From assembly GCF_009914755.1 (NCBI RefSeq), contig NC_060926.1: a stretch of DNA of 64,000 nt; one strand, written 5' to 3'. Positions 13,241 through 28,051 of the stretch are shown here, in pieces. This DNA comes from the human T2T-CHM13v2.0 reference genome, Homo sapiens. How positions within the stretch are numbered: the first letter of the stretch is position 1; each line of letters begins with the position of its first letter. The notes below the pieces were generated by a model. It was not told the origin of the DNA. It worked only from the letters and a program-made list of their open reading frames with translations, and searched no databases. A program made the translations under genes and the position numbers.

Positions 13241-16200
13241 ATAAATACTAAAATTGAATTTCTGACTGAAGTGCCAACACAGTCAATATCAGACAATGTG
13301 AGAATGAGACAGACATCCAGATTCAAAATTTATCAAGGAACAGGTGAAATACTGGTTCTAAGGCCCTTGAACCCCTCAGCTACATTAAGGAAATAATAAA
13401 AATAAAATGGATCAGAAATGGGAAGGAAAGGTGTCTGAGAATATTTTTTGAAGTAGCTCGTACTATGCAGTGAGTTTGTGCTCCTACATTCTAGCTCCAA
13501 GCCTAGCAAGGCAGCTCTCAGAGGAGGGTCTCCTGGAGTGCTTGCTTTGCGTTCCCGACCACTGGAGGATGCAGAACTGGCACCCGACACGCTGAGAAAA
13601 CTTTAAAGAGGTCAAGATGGAATGGAACGGAAATGAGAGCATTGGGAATGGGGTACACTTCCAAGGTTGAGGGGACAAAGGATCCATGGAAACTCCTCGT
13701 GGGCCGAGATAGGCCCCAAGTGCATGACAGCAAGCTGGGCAGGACTGCCTAGAGACAGGTCAGCCCATGTGGTAAGAGTCTGTGAGGAGGGAGCAGAAGC
13801 ATCCCCCTACACAGGGATTAAGGTTGGAAGTTCTAGCAGAAAAGCCTTGGATGAACCCAAGAATGCACCAGGAGAGGAGGAATTCGAGGGATCTGCCAGA
13901 CCAAGAGTCCCAACATCAGTTGATGTGCCTTGTCAAAAAGCTGTCAAAAGATAATTGCAGGAAAAGGCAGTAGCCGAACTTGCCCTTTGCCCTACTGCCA
14001 GTGACTGACCAAAGCAGAGGGCAGCCTCAATTCTGAGCTTTGATTAGTAACTCAGATTGGTGGTTTGTAATTTTAATGAATGTTATGTTTTATAATATAA
14101 AATTATTATATAATTACCTTAACAGTGAACCCAAACATTTACTCTAAATCAGTACGTGGTACAAAACCTTAACACAATACATTTTAAAGTGATCGGTTGC
14201 GGTAAAACCAAAAAATGATATTATAGCTTGACCACATTAGGACATCATACTTATTTAATGTAATCCTTTCACACATAAGCCCTTAACATGATGCATGACA
14301 TATAGGCATGCATAAATGACATAATTGATAATAACGAGGATGATGGTGACAATAACGAAGGTAATTTATTATATCTTTGAACAGAGAATACAGACAGACC
14401 CAAGCCATAAGATAGTTTTTCTCACAAAAACACTCAGTTTTCTACAATACCACTCTATTGATGTGCATGATTCACACATGTCGCAGCCAAAAGACATTTA
14501 ATGTCATTTTGGATATCATTTTGGGAAACTGAGTTCATTGGGTTTCACAAAAAATATCGGGAACTACACATGTTAAATTTTTAACTGTCAAAGGGCTGTT
14601 GTGTTAGAGAAAGAATGGTACACTAGTACAGGCCCTTATAGTGTTTGAATTCTTTTTACAGTCCCAGAACTCTAAGGGGAAGCCAGTGGTGAGAGGCCTA
14701 AGGAGTCTGTGTATTGTGGGTAGGGGAGTGTGAGTGGGGCGTGAGGAGGGGAGAGGGAGGAGAGAACTTCCCACAGACAGGTTAGGAATATTGATAACTA
14801 ACATCATACTAGTCAACCTCTAATAAACTTGAGATGGCAAATGGGCTCTGCTTGTACTAGGGTAGTTATGGGAAATTGGCCTAAATATTGCCAACACCTG
14901 TCAGATCCAAATGAGCCTTATGAGCCCTCCTAGTCCTTTTTATGAACCCTTGAGCATCAAAGAATACACTGGCAAACCTTGTGTATTGTTCTGGGAATTA
15001 ATTGAGATGAGATACCATGTGCAAATCTTTATAACAGTACATGAGATACGACGAACCCTTAGAAATGGTTACAATAATTTCTATTTAGTATTACTATCAT
15101 TATTGTTCTGGTGAGATGCTTAACCTCCCCAAGCCTCATGTTAGTTTCATCACCTGTTATATGGTGATAAGAACAGCAACTTCATCAGTTTGTCACAAAA
15201 ATTAAAGAGAAAATATATGTAGCTGTCTTACCTAATGCCTAGTAAAGGTAGATGAGGATGATGGTGATGATGATGGTGATAGTGATATACCCTGCCTAAG
15301 GAAATACACAAAAGAAATGGCAGAGATGCTATTTCACCCAGGTCTTTCTGACGTCAAAGACTGTATTATTAATTATAATGCTATATGCTTCTTGTATTGT
15401 CCTTACGAACAACCAAAATAATTAATTGCAAAGGCCAAAAAGGGGCCACTTTTAAGAATGGACACAGAAAACCACATTCATGTGATGTCAATGGGGGACG
15501 CTGATTGACCTAATGTGGTTCCTAAGGAGCACTGGAAGTACCCTCTAGTGCATGAAAATAAAGAGCCACAACAGTGCTATGTCATTAAAAATGCACTTTC
15601 CTGTGTGGATAAAGATGGCAGATTTAGCTTTTGAGCATTTCTACCGTGGGAGCAGCAACTTTGTTTTAAGCCCACCCAACTTTCAAGTCTATTTCCATGT
15701 TGACCCATGGCTCAAGAGGAATTGTACAGTACCCGGGATGGAAGCTGGCTTTCTTCTGGCGGGGACTGTGTTATTACTGAAATCCAACTAGATGAGACAA
15801 TTGCCTGAAAATGATAGTGACATTCCCTTTTGGGAATATAGTAAACAACTGTAACATTGCCCAGATGTCAGCCTGGGCCCCTTTGTCCATTACAGATCTA
15901 GATGAGTCTGGTTAGGACCCTCGCATCTGCACAGAAGGTAAAAATCTAAGGTCCTCCTTCTTCTGGCATTTCCTGTGAATTCCTGGGAACCTCTGACTAT
16001 TGCTTGGCTTTGCTACCTCATGTACTCCCTATGTATAAACAAAGTCTCTGTCTCCACCCAAAAACAAATGCTGCTCACTCAAGCACTTATGAGTTTCATC
16101 ATCTAAACATTTGGGTATCACCTAGCACCTAGTATTCTATCACCTTGAAGAATTTAGGCCCTATCCTCACCCCCTACTCCAGAGCAAGGCAAACCCTGTC

Positions 16201-19200
16201 CCTGAATTCTTGCATAGCAGGTTAAAAATCACACTTTTTGAGCCTTTGATATCTTCATTTATAACCCAAGTAGCCTATCCCCATATTTCTTTAAACAAAT
16301 CCAGTAAACTCATATTTGTATAATGTGACTCTGTCTCTTATTCCCTCAACCTGGCACAGGGAGGACATCTGTCTTGATCAAATGTACTCTTCCAAGAATT
16401 TGGCACTAGAACTGCTAAACTTAAACGAGTCTTTCTTGGGTGTTTGAGTTGATCAGGGGTGAAAAGCCAGGTCTGAGAAGGCCAAGTTTACCAATGCTTG
16501 TGAAAGCAGAGAAAACTAGTGTGCAGAGCAGGAGAGGAACAAGGGAATGATCCTTGGGCAGCTTCTGGGAGGCAGCTCACAGCCCCAGTAGAGACCAAGT
16601 GAGGCTGCAACACTGGCTTATTGCTAAGAGCTTTCCTGAGTACGCCTTTTATGGAGCCCAGCATTGATCTTTCTCTGTTCTTGTCCGTGGGTTCCTGTAA
16701 TGCTACATCCTGTCTCCCTGTCCCTTTCCCCATCACTTGTCAGTCTGAATGGTTTTATGCTACTGTACTCCAAAGACTTCTGTATAAGTCTCCCTTCAGC
16801 AAAAGGAGGGAGGTCTGAGAGCTAGGAAAACCCTGAAGATTTAAATCTTACTTGAATGAGAGAGATATTGTCAGATATCTGCCTTCTCAGATGGCTGACA
16901 AAGACAGCTCTTGAACAAGAAGCTCGAATTCTAAGAAGACAACGCATCATCACTCCTGGCATTCCCTAAAGAGGGACCTGCACCAAAGGCTCATCTCTGG
17001 ATGACGATGAGGTCTTGTGAGCAGTCACCTGACCTTTGAGAACTCAGCTCTGAGCACCTGCAGGTACTTGCTGCTCCAAGGCACAAATGTCACCACCTTG
17101 AAGAGCTCAAGCCATCTAATCACCATCCTGCTGGGACGTGGTAAACTGTCAGCTTATCATGAAAGGCATCTGGGCATAGGATTGAACTTTCCAGTAGCCC
17201 ACACTTGGCGTGGAAAAGCTGAAGAAAGCTATTTCTCCCTGTGCACAACCTCCTTGTGGCTGTTCCAAGCATGGAAGCCAAGGCCTGTGGCTGTCAGAGT
17301 TCAGCTAGTGTGCTGGGTGAGAAGAAACCAGCCCCAGGGCTTTATGCATCTGCAAATGGGATGGGTTGGGATCTTTAAAGTTTCACCAAAAGCAGAGTCA
17401 ATAGGTGGCACTCTCGCTACCAATCTCCATCTTGGGCCTGTGACTGAACACACCAATAATCTTCACCAATGAATCCACACAAAGGTGCAGATTTCTTTTC
17501 AGTGTGTTGCTGCAGGTTGTCACTAGCAGTCAATTGAGATTGATATGAGCAACGCAACTTCTATCTTCTGAGCTATGGTAAAGAAATGTGAAACTGGGAT
17601 AGCTGTGCAGGTCAACCTCCCCTGAGCAGATTTCTCTCATCTGTAAAAGGAATTGGTCACACCAGACAATCCCCAAGATCACTTATACTTCCTAAGTTCA
17701 CATGATTCTAATGGTGGGAAGAGAGATTTCAAATAATATAGTTGGAGGGAGTTGATAAAACTAAATATAGACAACCCATGGTTAATGTCAGAAAAATTCA
17801 GAAACAAGTAAAATGGGTGAAGGAATTTTTAAAAAATGCTTTTAGTAGAGAATAAAGAATTTACACTCTGCTGAAATACTGTGAGCTGGGCCAAGAACCA
17901 CAGGGAAGCAGAGGGAAGAACTCCCAAACCAAATGTTGGATAGCAGGTCCCAGATAACTGCATGGGAAGGGAATGTTTTAATCCCACTCTCAACTTCCCG
18001 CCTCCTTAAGGTAGGATTAAAACACACTGACAAAGGCTTTACAGTACGGAGAACAGATTGAGACAAATTCTGCAAAACCCGGGGATTCAATGGATGTGGC
18101 AGAAGAGAAACAGTTTCACATCTCTGTCTGTCTTTCAAGTAACTGCTCTAAAATTCTTGTGTAAGGAAAGGAGTAACAATATATCAAGTCTTATTTCTAC
18201 ATACTCAGAAACTTATTGTCTTTGTTCTGTACCATGGCAATTGCCTCAAAAGTGGTGTCTTTTCCCTGAACCTCGGCTCATCCATCCCATTGAAGCCAAA
18301 GGAATAATTCTAATGAGCATTGTGAACTCTCCTCTGCTTCTCAAAACCCTTTAATTTCACCTTTCCCATCTTCTGGCATGGCGTTCAGGGCCCTTCAAAA
18401 TGAGAAAATTACCCTGCTCTTTTGTCAGGGGTTACAGACGGCCTTCCAACCCATAGTCTCCTTCTCTTCCCTTTCAAGTTCAAAAAGCTACCTCTGTGTA
18501 ATTGTGTAATTGGACTAAAGAAGTGAGCCTAGCCAGTAGCAGCAGGGGAAAAGCTTATGAAGTTATAGCCTAGACCCAGGTCCACACACTGTATTAAACC
18601 CTGTACTGGGGGGAATTGGAAAGTGAGATGAAGCAGTGAATGGACAGAAGTGGAAACATACACAGGAATAAAAGCCATAGGTGTAAGCCACGAGACAGAA
18701 GAAGCCAAGATTGGAAGAAGCCAGCAGGCAGAGAGGAGCCATCTCACAGCAGTGCCAGCAGACAGAATAGAGCGAGGGTGGCTGCACTGCTGTCGTGGTG
18801 GGGCAATGGATTAGGGAGCAGTGAACATGTGTATCCGAGGGAAAAACCAAGAGGATGGCTCTTGAGATCCCAGTATGACTCCAAGAACAAAGTTCTTATA
18901 CTCTGTGAGGCCTCATTGCTCAACAGCTGAAAGGGTTTCTTGTCTGTCTTACTTCCTACTGGATCCTTAAAATAATCTACAAATGGAAATAGTGTTAATA
19001 AATCTCTTTCCCTTATATAGACTAAAAAAAAAAGTAACCTCAAACAGCAACAACAAGAAACTAATAAAGATGGCCTAACCACAGGACAGCAGGACCTTCC
19101 CTCCACTTCCGGTGCCATATCCTGCTCTAACGTTAAGCTCAACATCACTCTTCCCTGAATATTTTCTATTTAAACAAAGTATCTGGGCAAGACAAGTGGG

Positions 19201-19799
19201 CTGTCAGATGTCCTGTGGGCTGAATGTACAAAGCCTGGGCATGTTTAAATGTGATTATGACTTTGAATAGAATCTGGTTTACTGAATGACAGCAGTAAAG
19301 ATTTGTCAAGTAGCAACATGAAAAGGTATAAAATGGAGGGGATATGTGTTATATTCAGGATTGGAGAGGGCAGGGAGCTGAGTAATAGCAACTGGTCAGA
19401 GATCAAGAAGAAAAGAGCAAGAATACTATTTATCTTCAAACTTTGCTTAGAGGTTGAGTATATTTGAAAAGAAAGTCCCTGTTGAGTTGTTTCTGATTAG
19501 GGACATTTAAGTGGCTTCGTAGCAGGATGAACAATAGCAGGCAGTTGCCTTCAGGGTGAGATTTAAGGAGGAATACTAGGAAGGTTGAGGAGGAGATAAA
19601 TGGGTGATGATCCTGGTAAGAAGGAAAAGGGGCAAGATCAGAAGACAATGAAGACAATGCCAGAGCTCAAAATCCTTGAAGGAGTTTTGGGTTTGAGAGG
19701 GAGAACAGAGGAGGAAGAAAGGACAAAGTACTGCCTGGGCTGACCTAGATGTGGCCCATAAATAAATCACTGTACTCAGTTTTATGTAGTTTTGCTAGG

Positions 19800-19818
19800 T
19801 GGCCACCTGAGGGCACTC
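19800..19818 (+). promoter_or_regulatory. CTCF-like motif
   Basis: TGGCCACCTGAGGGCACTC versus consensus TGGCCACCAGRGGGCRC; motif only. Confidence 0.45.
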
Positions 19819-20728
19819 TATGCTACACAGCTAGGAATCTTTAATTTTCCCCCTATCAAGTAAACTATATATATCCTCAATTTGCTGAAGGATAAACTTA
19901 GCTAATGCTTTAAAGAAGGGTACTCATTGAAGGTGGGGGCCAAAAGCAATTCTTCCTCCCTATTTTTTCCCTCAACTAGATTAATAAATGAGCAAGACTG
20001 ACCTCAATTTAAATCCCTGGGTAATTGCAAGGATTAAATACAGTAACTTCAGTTAAATCTATTTAGCATTTAGTAGGCACTTAATAAATATTAGCTCCCT
20101 CCCATATATATGCACATCCTAACATACAAATTTGCCAAATACAGGAACAAGAGAAGGAACACAAGGAGGAATCGCACCAACCATTTATCTCTCTAAAGAA
20201 GGCAGGGCTCAGAAGTCCTAAAATGAATACAAAGCTAGGCTAGGAAATCATTCCAGAGAGCAAATTTCTGCTGCTCCTTTCATTGCATGTTGCTGCTTGT
20301 ACATAATAACCAGAGGGAATAGAACACAAACAGCTGGGAAATAAAGATGAAAGCAAAACTGTATCAGCAGGAAGAGACACACAACCCCCTGAGAATCGAG
20401 CGGTGTCATGAGAGATAAGCTGAACAAGGCCAGCTGCATGGAATTTATCTTCTGAGAGAAAGATCATTAGATTCCTACCCATTTCTGATCGTTTCTATTG
20501 GAGTCAAGGTGGAGAATGAAATACATGAGCCCCAGTTTTCAAAGTTCTACACTAAAGTCCTGTTCCTATAATGAAACAGAGCCACGGACAAAAGAATGCA
20601 TCACTATAAAAGCCAACTGTGGAATTTTAGATGTCTGAAAACAAAAGAAATTCTACTTCCCCTTGCAAATGGAGCAGGTTGAGGTTTCCCCAACTCCCGG
20701 GTCCTATGCAGCATGTTTTGTGGCCTTC

Positions 20729-20745
20729 TGCTGCCCTCTAGTGTC
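20729..20745 (-). promoter_or_regulatory. CTCF-like motif
   Basis: Minus strand GACACTAGAGGGCAGCA; motif only. Confidence 0.5.
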
Positions 20746-22825
20746 TTTTTAAGGTATGGTAAAACATAAGGAGGATAAAAAAAATTCTCCTAATAATCCT
20801 AACCAGCCAACAATGTGACTTCAGCCCAGGGCTGGTAAAACAAACAAAAAAACAGTAACATTCTGAAATAAAAGCAAAACCAGGATTTATACAAAAATTT
20901 AAAAGTGAGTTAAATTTGGCCTCAACATAGATCTTGCATTATTTCAGGACTCTGAAATAATGGCATCTCTATCAGTCAATGCACTTTAAAAAGAAAGATG
21001 CCTGTTGTTTTCTGTGCATCTCTCTCAAATGATTACTGCCTTGGTTGGTCTGAGATAGGATCCAGAAATATGAACTTCGCAAACACCACTACATGATTCT
21101 CAAGTAGCTAAAGTTGGCTGACCTTCTTTTGAGAAGCACCAAAGATGGCTGCAATGACTCTCAGCAGGATGGAGAGTAAATCTGATGTTTTCTTTAATTC
21201 TTTAAGAATACAATCTATTGACCAAAACAGGTCAACTTTCATTTTTCCTGCAGCTCAGTGCTACATGATTAGTATGCAAAGAAAATACTGCTGTCCATGT
21301 CTGAGCGAAGAGTTCATGTAGAAGTTCTCCTTTATGAATAAGTCCCTCTAAATTCCAGCAGGCATCCAGGTGGAAAAAAGAAAAAAATGCCTCGTTGCTC
21401 TTGCTCACCCTTCAAATATCCCTCAAACATTACTGCTGCAAAAAAGCCTTCCAGGTGGTCCCAGCTTGGTTTCAATGCCCCACTACAGCTCCACAGCACC
21501 TAAAAGTGCTGTCCTTCTCTGTCCTATAAGTGCTCCCTCAACGCCAGTGTTCTCATAGAGACGGAGAGCTTTGCATTGCAGAAACCCTGTTGTCCTCTTT
21601 CCAAAGTCAATGCTCCATAAATACTCATGCTCTGGCCAATGCCCACAGCCACCCTTACCCAAAGTGGTGATGATGGGAGACAAGACACATCAGGCCCCAC
21701 AGCAGGCTGTTCTCAAACTCCCTCTAGCTGATGGTGCACATGATAAGAGGCACCGTGGGATGACTGTTGCCATCGGATCACATACCCAATTTGTTAGCTC
21801 AAACTTGGACTAATTTTAGAAACTTGCTCTTACTTTTCTGCAATGCAGAAGGTATTATTCTATACTAATGATTAGCCCCTTCACATGGGAAATTCACAAA
21901 CAATTTTAATTGTGCTTTTTAAAAAAACACAAGTACACTGAGAGTTCATTACTATATATCTTAATACTATGTAATATGCCATTTTTAAGTTCATACTTAC
22001 AGTGTTTTTTCTTTATTATGGGCAAAGCCTGTTTTATCTTCAGAGTTATCCATCACTTAATGCTTTAATAAAAATAAACTCTGAAGTACTTAGGTGTGTA
22101 AGTACCCCCACCAGAAAGAATCCTAGTCTACAATCTCCTATTACCTTCACTTCCATTTGTTAATGAAAAATAAGCAGATATTTACTTCTCAGGAGACAGT
22201 GTCCTAACTATCTGAAGAAATACAATCCATTGTCTCACACGGCTTCTCTGGACCCTCAATGTGTAGGGCTGTACATGCCACATACTTCAACCAATTATAA
22301 ACTGCTTTTTTTTTAGCCATTTTAATTTCCAACAGAGTATCCCTAATTTCCAGTGAAGTTCACTTATACTTACTGACGTCTCACCTACACAAACAGGGCA
22401 CTTTTTGCTTTAGCTTTGGTGACTCGATCAGCACACTGGATTTTACAGTCTCTCCCTTTCTTTTGACAATTACCACCTGAGCCCACTGTGCAAAACAGGG
22501 GGCCATGAAAAATACAGAAGAAAAAGCTCTTCAATCAGAGGGAATAAAGAGAAAGAGGTTTGGCCTGTAAGAAGCAGTTCTTTGAATTTCATTTTATTTT
22601 TTGAGCCAAGCTATTAGATTTGTGGGTACAAATAAGATCTCTTTGAAGTTAGCAAGAAGCCCACTGTGAAAGAAGGGAGACGGCCATTACCACACATTTT
22701 ATATGTTGAGCAAATAAAGTCCCAGGATTCAAAATATATTCTGCAATTACAGAAAGCAAAACACTTTTCTTTCTCCTTTCACCTTGTTTAGAAAGAGCAT
22801 TTTTCTCTAGAAAGAGTTCTGTTGA

Positions 22826-23192
<367 letters not shown>

Positions 23193-23416
23193 CTAATAAT
23201 ACTTTCTGGAATGCCTGTTGTAGTGTTAAATTAGATGGGATACACACATATATTCTTAGTGAATCACAAAATGTGATTCAAATAGAAACTTCAGTCATTT
23301 CTCTTCTATTATTGACATGTTTTCTCAGCATTTTGTCACGTGCATTTGAGAAATGAAGTATCAATAAGGAAGAGAAGCGTATGTTAAGACTTTCTTAGCA
23401 GCTGGTGAAAGAAGCA

Positions 23417-23420
<4 letters not shown>

Positions 23421-23470
<50 letters not shown>
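23421..23470. repeat. (GT)25 microsatellite
   Basis: Seen directly. Confidence 0.97.
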
Positions 23471-23471
<1 letters not shown>

Positions 23472-23954
23472 GGGATGGGGGATAGAATTCACTGTTGGAG
23501 ACACAGGGTTTCTAAGCCAGGCTCAAACTCCTGTTGGTCAGGGACTTAGGATCCAGGAAACCTTACCAAGGAAAGAAAACTAATAAGCTCTATAATAAGC
23601 TCCTATATATCTGGTTCCCTGACTCCAAATCAATTGAAAACTGTTGGGACTTAAGTAACTTACAAATGCCTTTTTAATATCAAGACCAATATTATATTTT
23701 TCTCACTTTTTACATTTTAATCATGCATGCTTCCTTAGGTGCTGCATTTTTTGAGCTGTTATTAAAAATACATAGGTTCCTACCACATTAAAGGGGAGCA
23801 GAGGCTTGTGTGTTGTATTGTTAATTATGTGCTGAAAATGAAATTCTGGTCAGTCTTTGCAGAAGGTACAAACACACCCCTAAGCAAAGGATTTTCCATG
23901 TGAAGGGAGACCGTGTGGTGCAAGGCTCGTTGCTCTGACTTAACATGCACTTAC

Positions 23955-24145
23955 TCTTGAGGTCTAAGTTCCTGGCTCCGGCGGTGATTTGCGTTGTGAT
24001 TTTTGTGTCAATCTTTACAGTGTGGAGGTTGCTGGTGTCCCTTGATATCATCACGTTGTGCCACTGATTGTCATTGAGAGGTTTATTTGAGCTTCCTTTG
24101 ATGAGGTTAGCACCATTTCCCAAATCAAACACGTAATGTAAGTAC
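23955..24145 (-). CDS. NRXN1: NRXN1 coding exon (~exon 15), 191 nt, LNS5: [17 protein letters not shown]...ARNLDLK(S)
   Basis: Protein match; acceptor ttttttcccag|G TAC, donor AAG A|gtaagt, phase 2-1. Confidence 0.97.
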
Positions 24146-25382
24146 CTGGGAAAAAAATGAAAGAGGGGAAAGTGCCATCACTTTTTAAATTTTGATGAAC
24201 CTAAAGTAGATATTACAAATGGAGATTTTTTTTCAGGTGGTTCCATCCTTACTAGAAGTCATGACAATAAGTTACATAGAAACTCAGCTATCAAGAAGGT
24301 AACAAACACTATTCTGTTTCAGCAAAGAGGATTATTCAGTGTTTTAACTAAAGGAAACAGTGAAAATTATTTTTAAAATCATGGTCTACATTTAACTTTA
24401 TGAATTTGGAAAGCAATATCTTTCACCACGCGCTCCCTGTTTCCACAATTCCCTCCATCCTTTTCTAACACTTAAAATGGCCATTCTTCTCGTTCTTGCA
24501 CTTGCTTTTCTCCTCTATCTCGATTCCCTGTTTGAGGATAGGGAACGTGTACTCATCCTTCAACATCCAGGTCAGATAGCCACTCCCTGCTCCACATGTT
24601 TTTCTAATTTACCTGAAGAGTCTCCTGAGCCTTTGAATGTGATCACCTCAAGAAACATGTCACAGTGCTTTTCTTTTCTTTTCTGTTTATGTGTTCATCT
24701 ACAAACCCTAGGATTGTATGTTGGTGTGTGTGGGTATGACTCACAGTGGTAGAAATCTGAGATGTGCATACGGGTGGCAGAAGTATATATATTTATATCC
24801 GTGCATGGCACCTGATGTAGCATATTGTAAATATACACCAATATTTGCAGAATGAGTGAATAAATGCTGAAATCAATTAAAATACATTAAATTTTCCTCA
24901 CAGTTTTAAGGCACGTTTACACAAATCTTCCTTTCTAAATTCTCTAAGGCACTCTGACATAGAATGAAGTTTGAGTTAAAAGGGTTTTTTTGAAATTTAA
25001 ACAATCTGAGTACTTGAATTAGCTATTTAATTTAGCATAGACTATCCTACAAACCTGTATCAATGCTTTTGTGGAATTACATTGTGCATAGTCAGGAAAT
25101 GCCCATTTGAATTGTAACATTCATGAAATGCCTACCATAAATTAGAGCCCAATGTAATTTGTATCTCATATGTGAAAATGTAGGTGCAAAAAACTGTCCT
25201 AAATCCATATTAATTTAAGATACCTAAGAGATGATTTAAACAAATGCCTTCTTATTTGTCCTCCACCTGCTCCGGCCCACCACCTTATGAGCCAGTATGT
25301 TCTTCTTAGTGTATATTTTTGGAAATTGACGTCCATTTTTCCAAAGTTTTATTTATTTGCTATTGAACAGGCATGTACTCAC

Positions 25383-25764
25383 CCTTTAACTAATTCAACC
25401 ACAATAAAGTCATTTCCATCCCCACTGTTATATAGAATTAATCCATCTAGGGATGTTGTCTTGAACTGGAAAAAAAGATGCATAGAAGTGTAGGCTTGCA
25501 AGGTAGCTAAGGCAACATAGCTCGATTTGGTCTTGAAGGTGACAGGATCTGCTATGATGTTCCTGAAGCCAAATCTGGCATTAAGCTCACAGTAATCTAT
25601 GTCGCCATTTTTACACAGGTCAATGTATGCCATTCCATTAAATGTCAAGCTCTGCAGGTGTCCAATGAAGTTGGAGGGGACAGAAGAAAGATACCGTCGT
25701 TCTGTGATGATGCCAGTCTCTATGTTATGGAACTCCAGCCTAGTATGATCACCTGCCATTTGAC
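25383..25764 (-). CDS. NRXN1: NRXN1 coding exon (~exon 14), 382 nt, end of LNS4 and start of LNS5: (G)[11 protein letters not shown]...DFIVVELVK(G)
   Basis: Protein match; acceptor tctcttttag|GT CAA, donor AAA GG|gtgagt, phase 1-2. Confidence 0.97.
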
Positions 25765-27715
25765 CTAAAAGAGAAGATAATATATGATTATTTTCTGTAT
25801 CTGAAAGGCACTTTCAACTTTAGGCTTTCATAACAATATCACATTCTAAAATACAAGGAGCCAAATCCCTCCTTGGTACTCAGTTGCATATAGGAAGAAC
25901 ACTTAAATGATGCCAAAAGGTAAGCCTAGATTATATAATAAAACATTCTTAGGCCAGGTTATAATCCCTGTCCAAATTTTAGTCTTAACAAAAAATATCC
26001 TCATTAACAAAAGTAATGGTATCTTTTAAAGGCGAAAAATAAACAAATTAGCAAGAGAGTGAGCACATAGTAAAAGAAGGAGAGGGAGGAAAAAAGGAAA
26101 GAAGGGAGAGTGCACAGAGAGACGCATTAGGAGCAGTGACTATTCTCAGTCACCCAACTAGAAAGTGATACATCTCAGCCTCATGGATAGGTGATGTTAT
26201 TCCTTATAAATGTTCTTCCAGGAAAAAAAAATGTGACTATATATTTTCCTATACCCAGTAGAAAGAGTGGAGAGTTGCAGCCCTTTCTTCCAGTAATGAA
26301 ACATGAAAGTGTGTTTGAAGTTAAATATACACTATTCACTTTCCCTCTTCGTGCTCAATAATGACCATAGTTTTTGTTCATGCTAGTCTTCTAAATACAT
26401 TAGAAATCCTGTTGATTTCTTCACCTATGCCTTTTTTTGTCCTTAAGTTTTCTATAACTAAATCAAGCAAAATACACTAATTGAAAGCTTGCCCAATTTT
26501 GATAATACCAGTAAAATTGGCCCACCATGCCCCATACCACAAGGCAAAAATCTTCTTTAAACATCCTAGGGTGAAGCTTGGATGCAAATTTATTTAGCAA
26601 CTGACTATTCCACTCAGTCCTCATTTCTCTCTATCCCTGCATATTTCCCTGTCAAACCCATTAATAGCAAACTTAGTCCCATCTTTATCTCCAGAGTGAT
26701 CATTTTACCTGTTTGCAAGGTTGAAGGTAAGATAAATAAGCAAAGATGTGAACTTGTTTTCTAAATATTAAAACACAACATAAATATAAGGTACTTGTAT
26801 CAGTACCAGTGATTCACACCCAACATCTTGCTCTTGTCTAAATAAACTGTCAGTCACTCTCTTCTGCAACTAAAAATGCTCATTTATTTTGTAATCAAGT
26901 TCTTCCACGTGCTAGCTTCCCTGCCCGATTTGCCATAATTGGAAAATGTTTCAAGTTACCTCTTTCCATCATCCACATTATTAATGAAAATATTAATTAG
27001 AGCTAATCCCAGAATCAGCCCCTGAGAAAATGCATTGAACCTTTTCCCCAGGGGTAATGAAGACTGAACAACCACCTATGTGTGTCCCCTTCGGCCAGTT
27101 TGACAAATTTCCATTTCTTTAGTCAAGACAGTAAAATATTAGACAGTGTTTAAGGAAATATCTGTAAGTAAAATTTAGACGTCATGCTTTTTGTTGTGCA
27201 ACAAAAACTGTTTATATGTTTGCTTAAGTGACTTTAATGATTATACATATATTTGTACACAAAACTCCCCTGAACTGTACTTAACCCTATTTCATTTTCA
27301 AACACTCTTTTTTAGTCTTGATCCTGGAAACAACATTCTACTCATCCTTGGCATGTTCTCTTTTCAGCCATTGGTTTGTTCTGATTCCCTTCCTGCAAAC
27401 ATTTTTAAAACAAAAATGTCACCATAAATAATTGTTTCGTCTCTCTCTACCCTCACTACCATGCCTCCTGATTGTCTATCTGATGCAAAAGTACTATTAC
27501 ATCCTTGTCAATTCTGGTTTCTCCTGTGACATCATTTCTATCTTCTCCCCCAGTTCTTCTTGTTCAATGACCTCAATATTGTTCTGTGGGGATCTACTTC
27601 TTTGGTAAAAAATAAAATTAATCCTTAATTATTTCCAAATATAAAGCTCTAAAGACACCAGCAACATTGAATTAAGAAGCTAAGTACAATGAAGAATATG
27701 AGAAGCTTAAAAATC

Positions 27716-28051
<336 letters not shown>

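Noticed and set aside
17017-17472. 151-aa plus-strand ORF, possible processed pseudogene
   Set aside because: Non-ATG start, no recognisable protein on either strand, no poly-A tail or TSD.
16290-18900. Possible old MaLR/LTR fragments near 16300-16750 and 18490-18900
   Set aside because: They resemble LTR relics, but I could not fix family or boundaries by eye, so they are not listed as features.
25379-25759. ORF-track starts and stops for the NRXN1 pieces (e.g. MAGDH..., MSYDG...) as independent small proteins
   Set aside because: They are internal exons; true boundaries are set by splice sites and the ORF extensions are intronic.
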